Of a DNA stretch of 64,000 nucleotides, positions 61,301 to 64,000 are shown piece after piece. A program made the translations under genes and the position numbers. The stretch is from Pseudomonadota bacterium (GTDB lineage: Bacteria; Pseudomonadota; Alphaproteobacteria; Rhizobiales; Beijerinckiaceae): the NCBI GenBank assembly GCA_021777795.1, contig JAJYDD010000001.1, forward strand, positions 689 through 64,688, given 5' to 3'. The stretch's first letter is position 1; every line of letters begins with the position of its first letter. The notes under the pieces were generated by a model that made no database searches, was not told the origin of the DNA, and saw nothing but the letters and a program-made list of their open reading frames with translations.

Positions 61301-61499
61301 CGATTTCTTCCCCGAGCGCGTCTTCGTCGATCGACGTCAATCTGATGAGGTGGCGCTTGGGAAGGCCGGGCGCCGTCGATCCGCCATCGACCTCCGCCAC
61401 GATCCATTGCCGTCGCCGCACTTCGACCAACTGGCCGGGCTCTGGAATCGTGTGATGGGCGATCTGAGCTGCCGCGCTGCTCGCATCTCTGACGATCAT
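58377..61499 (-). CDS. drmD: DISARM SNF2-like helicase DrmD
   Basis: PEPGQLVEVRRRQW, IADDVGLGKT, DEAH, TATP, EGIDLQ, EQRNGRIDR. Confidence 0.92.
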   Translation of the reverse strand: MIVRDASSAAAQIAHHTIPEPGQLVEVRRRQWIVAEVDGGSTAPGLPKRHLIRLTSIDEDALGEEIEVLWELEPGAHVIERAGLPRITGLDDPASLQAFLDAVRWGAATNADRAYLQAPFRSGVSIEDFQLDPLVRAIDMARTSLLIADDVGLGKTIEAGLVIQEMLLRHRARTVLVLCPASLQEKWRTEMQEKFGLDFRIVDTEFVKRLRRERGLHANPWTSFPLLITSMDWVKQGEGLRLFRDALPPTVTHPRKFDLLVIDEAHNIAPTVGHYAVESLRTRLVRLLAPHFQHKLFLTATPHDGYTESFTALLELLDDQRFARNVLPSEPQRARVMVRRLKSDLVDANGKRLYPVRRLEGLPIKYEDDERRVRRLLGDYISSRENGEGGARAVDRFVHQLLRKRLASSPAAFAATLEKHIATIEGRSSSDQTRRKLDDRILRRAISKAEEDYADDALREAAEDDALGEAGKHIRPPNEQERRTLERLRSWAQQASRRADSKARAILEWLTAHLQEGGEWTNERVILFTEYRTTQQWMQEALVSHGFGGDRLALIYGGMDHDEREAVKAAFQASPSESPVRILLATDAASEGIDLQNHCHLMIHLEIPYNPNVMEQRNGRIDRHGQRSSEVVIWHPVDDEGDHGQDILRALRKLDAMRADMGSVNPVIAPQLPDLIEGRRRDLDTRLAEARMEKSRRFVRAERDLRDRVAKLHERLADTKREQNLTPDHVERAVKAALRLSDKPDLGASSLPGIPDGTVFTMPALSGSWTRCLEGLEHPYTKKVRPITFDHDVAKARDDVVLVHLNHPLVQMSLRLLRAEIWARDDVKKIHRVSARSLPDGQIEGPAVIVVSRLVITGGSHHRLHEELTEAGGYLRDAGFRREDRVTEVRRWLQDSAPAVLPDMTFAALRTRFDKQRESVLGSVDARSTDRLRFLSNSIDSRKERESDDIRQVLDDLDKALRAELVADREPQQLSLFSEDERTQLRRDHAALEARLARIPLEREQEVRAIENRYSNVRDHTFPVAVILLVPESLTMGQPR

Positions 61500-61921
61500 T
61501 GCAGGCCGCTCCCACCTCGAACGACGTTTTCGATGCGTTCGGCTGCTTCGTTGGGGCGCTCATGCGCCCATACGCGGACGACGTGCCAACCAGAATCACT
61601 GAGGCGTTGATCGGTATCTGCGTCTCGGGCGCGGTTGGCTTCGATCTTATCGCGCCAAAATTGCGCGTTACTCTTCGGCCAGGATGCGTGCTCCGGGCAA
61701 CCGTGCCAAAAACAGCCATCGACGTAGACGGCAACTCTGGTGCGCGGAAAAACGATGTCGGCGACGCGCCGTGGCTTGATCAGCAGCGGGACGTGCAGAC
61801 GATAGCGCAGCCCTCTCGCGTGGAGTTCCTTACGCAAAGAGAGTTCGGCGCCGGTGCCCTTTTGCCGCACCCGAGCCATGCGGAGGCTCGCCTCATGCGA
61901 CGAGGGGCTTACGCGCGACAT
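61496..61921 (-). CDS. vsr: Very-short-patch repair endonuclease Vsr
   Basis: ADIVF, VDGCFWHGCPEH, FWRDKIEANRARD, VWAHE. Confidence 0.92.
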   Translation of the reverse strand: MSRVSPSSHEASLRMARVRQKGTGAELSLRKELHARGLRYRLHVPLLIKPRRVADIVFPRTRVAVYVDGCFWHGCPEHASWPKSNAQFWRDKIEANRARDADTDQRLSDSGWHVVRVWAHERPNEAAERIENVVRGGSGLQ

Positions 61922-62987
61922 CCGCGGTGCCTCCCTTCTTCGCCTGATCCGTCTGCACTCCGACGCCGAGATGCGTTATGATGCTTTGGCCGATCGCCTC
62001 ACCGAGAGCGACGGGGACCGCATTGCCGATCATCCGGCCCAATGCTTTGAAATGGGTCGGGCCATCATCGGCCACGAAGGCATATTTCTTTGGAAAGCCT
62101 TGCAGGATTGCCCCTTCCCGCAAGGAGATCGCACGGTCCTGCTCGGGATGGCCGAAGCGGCCGTTGCCGAAACCATAGAATTGCGTAGTGATCGTCGGAG
62201 ACGGGTCTTCCCAAGTCATACGCCCATAGACGCCCGGATAGGTACGGCCCGTTTCTCGCCGATGGCATTCAGCAACCAAGCGGTCGGGCCAATCACGCCA
62301 CGTGCCACCGGGGCGGGAAGCCCGGATACGCTCCAGGTTCAAATCCGAAAGCCTGGACGTGACATGGAATGCATCATCGTCATGGACACTTCCCGCCCCG
62401 ATGGCGGGCAGCTTTCCGATCGCATCCTTGACGGTCCGGGCCTTCTTGTGGGTAGGTGAGATCAGTTCGATGGGGCCGATCAAGCTCGCCAGAATGACCA
62501 TGCGCCGCCTGGTTTGGGGCAACCCGTATTGGGTGCAATCCACGACGTTCTTCCAGACTTTATACCCCAGCCCCTGGAGGGTGGCGACGAAGTCGTCGAA
62601 GACGGCATGCTTCTCGACCAAGGGCACGTTCTCCATGGTCACGATGTCCGGGCGCACGGATTTTACGAGGCGCGCGAACTGATACAGCAAGGGCCAGCGT
62701 GGACTGGTGAGGGTGTCGTAGCGCTGTGAATAGGTCGAGAACGGTTGGCACGGCGCACACCCAGCCAGAATCCGGATCTTCGCATCGCCATACAGCTTGT
62801 TCAGATCCGCAGGCTTTACGCTCTTAATGTCCTTGGAGAGGAAGCGCGCGCCATTGTTTGTCTCGAACGGATAGCGACACGCCGTATCGACGTCGATGCC
62901 CGCGACGACCGGGACACCTGCTCGTATCAAGCCATGCGTCAGGCCGCCCGCACCGCAGAACAAGTCGATACACGCCACCTCGTTCAT
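61893..62987 (-). CDS. C5-cytosine DNA methyltransferase (DrmMII/Dcm-like)
   Basis: DLFCGAGG, PCQPFS, ENV, QTRRR, IGNAVP. Confidence 0.95.
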   Translation of the reverse strand: MNEVACIDLFCGAGGLTHGLIRAGVPVVAGIDVDTACRYPFETNNGARFLSKDIKSVKPADLNKLYGDAKIRILAGCAPCQPFSTYSQRYDTLTSPRWPLLYQFARLVKSVRPDIVTMENVPLVEKHAVFDDFVATLQGLGYKVWKNVVDCTQYGLPQTRRRMVILASLIGPIELISPTHKKARTVKDAIGKLPAIGAGSVHDDDAFHVTSRLSDLNLERIRASRPGGTWRDWPDRLVAECHRRETGRTYPGVYGRMTWEDPSPTITTQFYGFGNGRFGHPEQDRAISLREGAILQGFPKKYAFVADDGPTHFKALGRMIGNAVPVALGEAIGQSIITHLGVGVQTDQAKKGGTADVARKPLVA

Positions 62988-63226
62988 TTCTTCCCCCCCG
63001 AGACGGGGCTTTCCTTTTCCTGCGCATCCTTTTCAGACTGCGCGCCGCCTTCTTCAGATGCTTTTTCTGCCCTTACCCAGTCGTCGACTTCATCGGACTT
63101 GAATTTCCAGAGTCTTCCGACTTTGTGAGCAGGCATTTCTCTTTTTGCTATCCACCCGTAGATGGTGTCTTTACTCACCCCCAAGTAGCTCGCGATCTCG
63201 TCCACGGACATCCACCGATCAGACAT
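62984..63226 (-). CDS. Excisionase-like HTH DNA-binding protein
   Basis: WMSVDEIASYLGVSKDTIYGWI...MPAHKVGRLWKF; first gene of the defence operon. Confidence 0.85.
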   Translation of the reverse strand: MSDRWMSVDEIASYLGVSKDTIYGWIAKREMPAHKVGRLWKFKSDEVDDWVRAEKASEEGGAQSEKDAQEKESPVSGGKK

Positions 63227-63260
63227 GACGCACTTCCTCCGATCGACGCTCGCGCGCTGA

Positions 63261-64000
63261 TCATCCCATAACCGAGGGCTCCAGTAAACCGGGTTTATTA
63301 GGGTTAGGGCTGACTTGGTCTGATTTATCCGGCACTTTCGGCCACTCGTCAGCCTCCAACAACGAGGCAATTTCCTCGCAGACACGGGTTACGGCGAGCT
63401 TCAGCGCCTCGTCGATGTGGACGTAGCCTTGCGTGACGCTTTGCGCGGCATGCCCAAGCAGCGCACGTATGGTCAATTCGGAGAAGCCGAGATCGCCAGC
63501 AACGCTGCCGAAGGTGTGCCGGAGGGTATGCGGCGTGACACCCTCGATGCCAACGGAGGCGCACAACCTCGTCAGACAAGCCTTTGCAGCCGTGAAATGC
63601 CCATCCCCGATGTCTGACGGGAAAATATATGGGCTTGCCTTTTGGATCGGCTGATAGGTCGCGAGCTTTGCTGCGGATGGGCCTATCGCGCGAATCTGAT
63701 CATCGCTTTTCGTGTCTGGAAAGCTGACAAAACCTTTGTCGGCATGCAGCCATGCACGCTGAAGCCCCTGAGCTTCTGAAATCCGAAAGCCCGTGAGCAA
63801 AAGGAAGCGAACGACGGCAAGACCAGTTGAATTTTCACCATTGCGCTCGGCGTGACGCATTGCCGCACCGAGTTTTTTGATTTCTGCGACGGAAAGGCGC
63901 CGCTGTTTCTTCGAGCCAGCCAGCTTTCTGGCGCCCCTGCTCGGATGATCCGCGATCAGGTCCAGGCGGGTGCCATGACCAAGAATGCTCTGCAAGGTCG
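63261..64000 (-). CDS. int: Tyrosine integrase, C-terminal part (start outside window)
   Basis: TGFRISE, DTKS, HTLRH, LGH, TQGYVH. Confidence 0.92.
   Translation of the reverse strand, partial: TLQSILGHGTRLDLIADHPSRGARKLAGSKKQRRLSVAEIKKLGAAMRHAERNGENSTGLAVVRFLLLTGFRISEAQGLQRAWLHADKGFVSFPDTKSDDQIRAIGPSAAKLATYQPIQKASPYIFPSDIGDGHFTAAKACLTRLCASVGIEGVTPHTLRHTFGSVAGDLGFSELTIRALLGHAAQSVTQGYVHIDEALKLAVTRVCEEIASLLEADEWPKVPDKSDQVSPNPNKPGLLEPSVMG

Larger units (their letters stand above)
8416..64000 (-). mobile_element. Tn4371/ICESym-family integrative conjugative element (right end outside window)
   Basis: att core at the left, integrase at the right, and conserved backbone order DUF932-parB-strawberry notch-toprim-DUF2493...qseM-fseA-rdfS-repA-parA-traF-rlxS-traG-trb. 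Confidence 0.88.

Noticed and set aside
61893-62987. C5 methyltransferase with class 1 DISARM as a novelty by itself
   Set aside because: Class 1 DISARM loci with an extra DrmMII-type methyltransferase have been described; only the inserted ATPase/MTase-like pair is treated as potentially new
1-64000. CRISPR array, rRNA or IS transposase
   Set aside because: No regularly spaced repeat-spacer pattern, rRNA-like sequence or DDE/HUH transposase ORF was seen by eye

Overview
High-GC DNA that looks alphaproteobacterial and consists almost entirely of integrated mobile elements. Left part (1-8465): the 3' end of a trb conjugation operon (trbG', trbI, DUF2274), a tetR-small peptide-lysR unit, a gene for a RelE-like/SF1(UvrD) helicase/ankyrin fusion and a tyrosine integrase. 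These end at an att core, the 3' 50 nt of tRNA-Gly(GCC), flanked by two different sets of arm-type repeats. Right part (8416 to beyond 64000): a nearly complete Tn4371/ICESym-family ICE, almost all on the minus strand. It carries trbBCDEJKLFGI, traG, rlxS, an oriT with an IncP-type nic site, traF, parA/repA, rdfS with its FseA box, frameshifted msi172-msi171 (fseA), qseM, a FitAB toxin-antitoxin pair, DUF2493, toprim, strawberry-notch, ParB and DUF932 genes. Next to the second integrase is an ~18 kb defence operon: class 1 DISARM (drmD, drmMI, drmA, drmB, drmC), preceded by a C5 methyltransferase and vsr, and interrupted by a GHKL/MORC-like ATPase plus a Rossmann methyltransferase-like gene. 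That interrupted DISARM locus is the best candidate for an undescribed system. Other candidates are the RelE-helicase-ankyrin protein, an XRE-HNH fusion and two families of repeated structured leader elements. All calls come from motif reading and gene order; no database searches were run.
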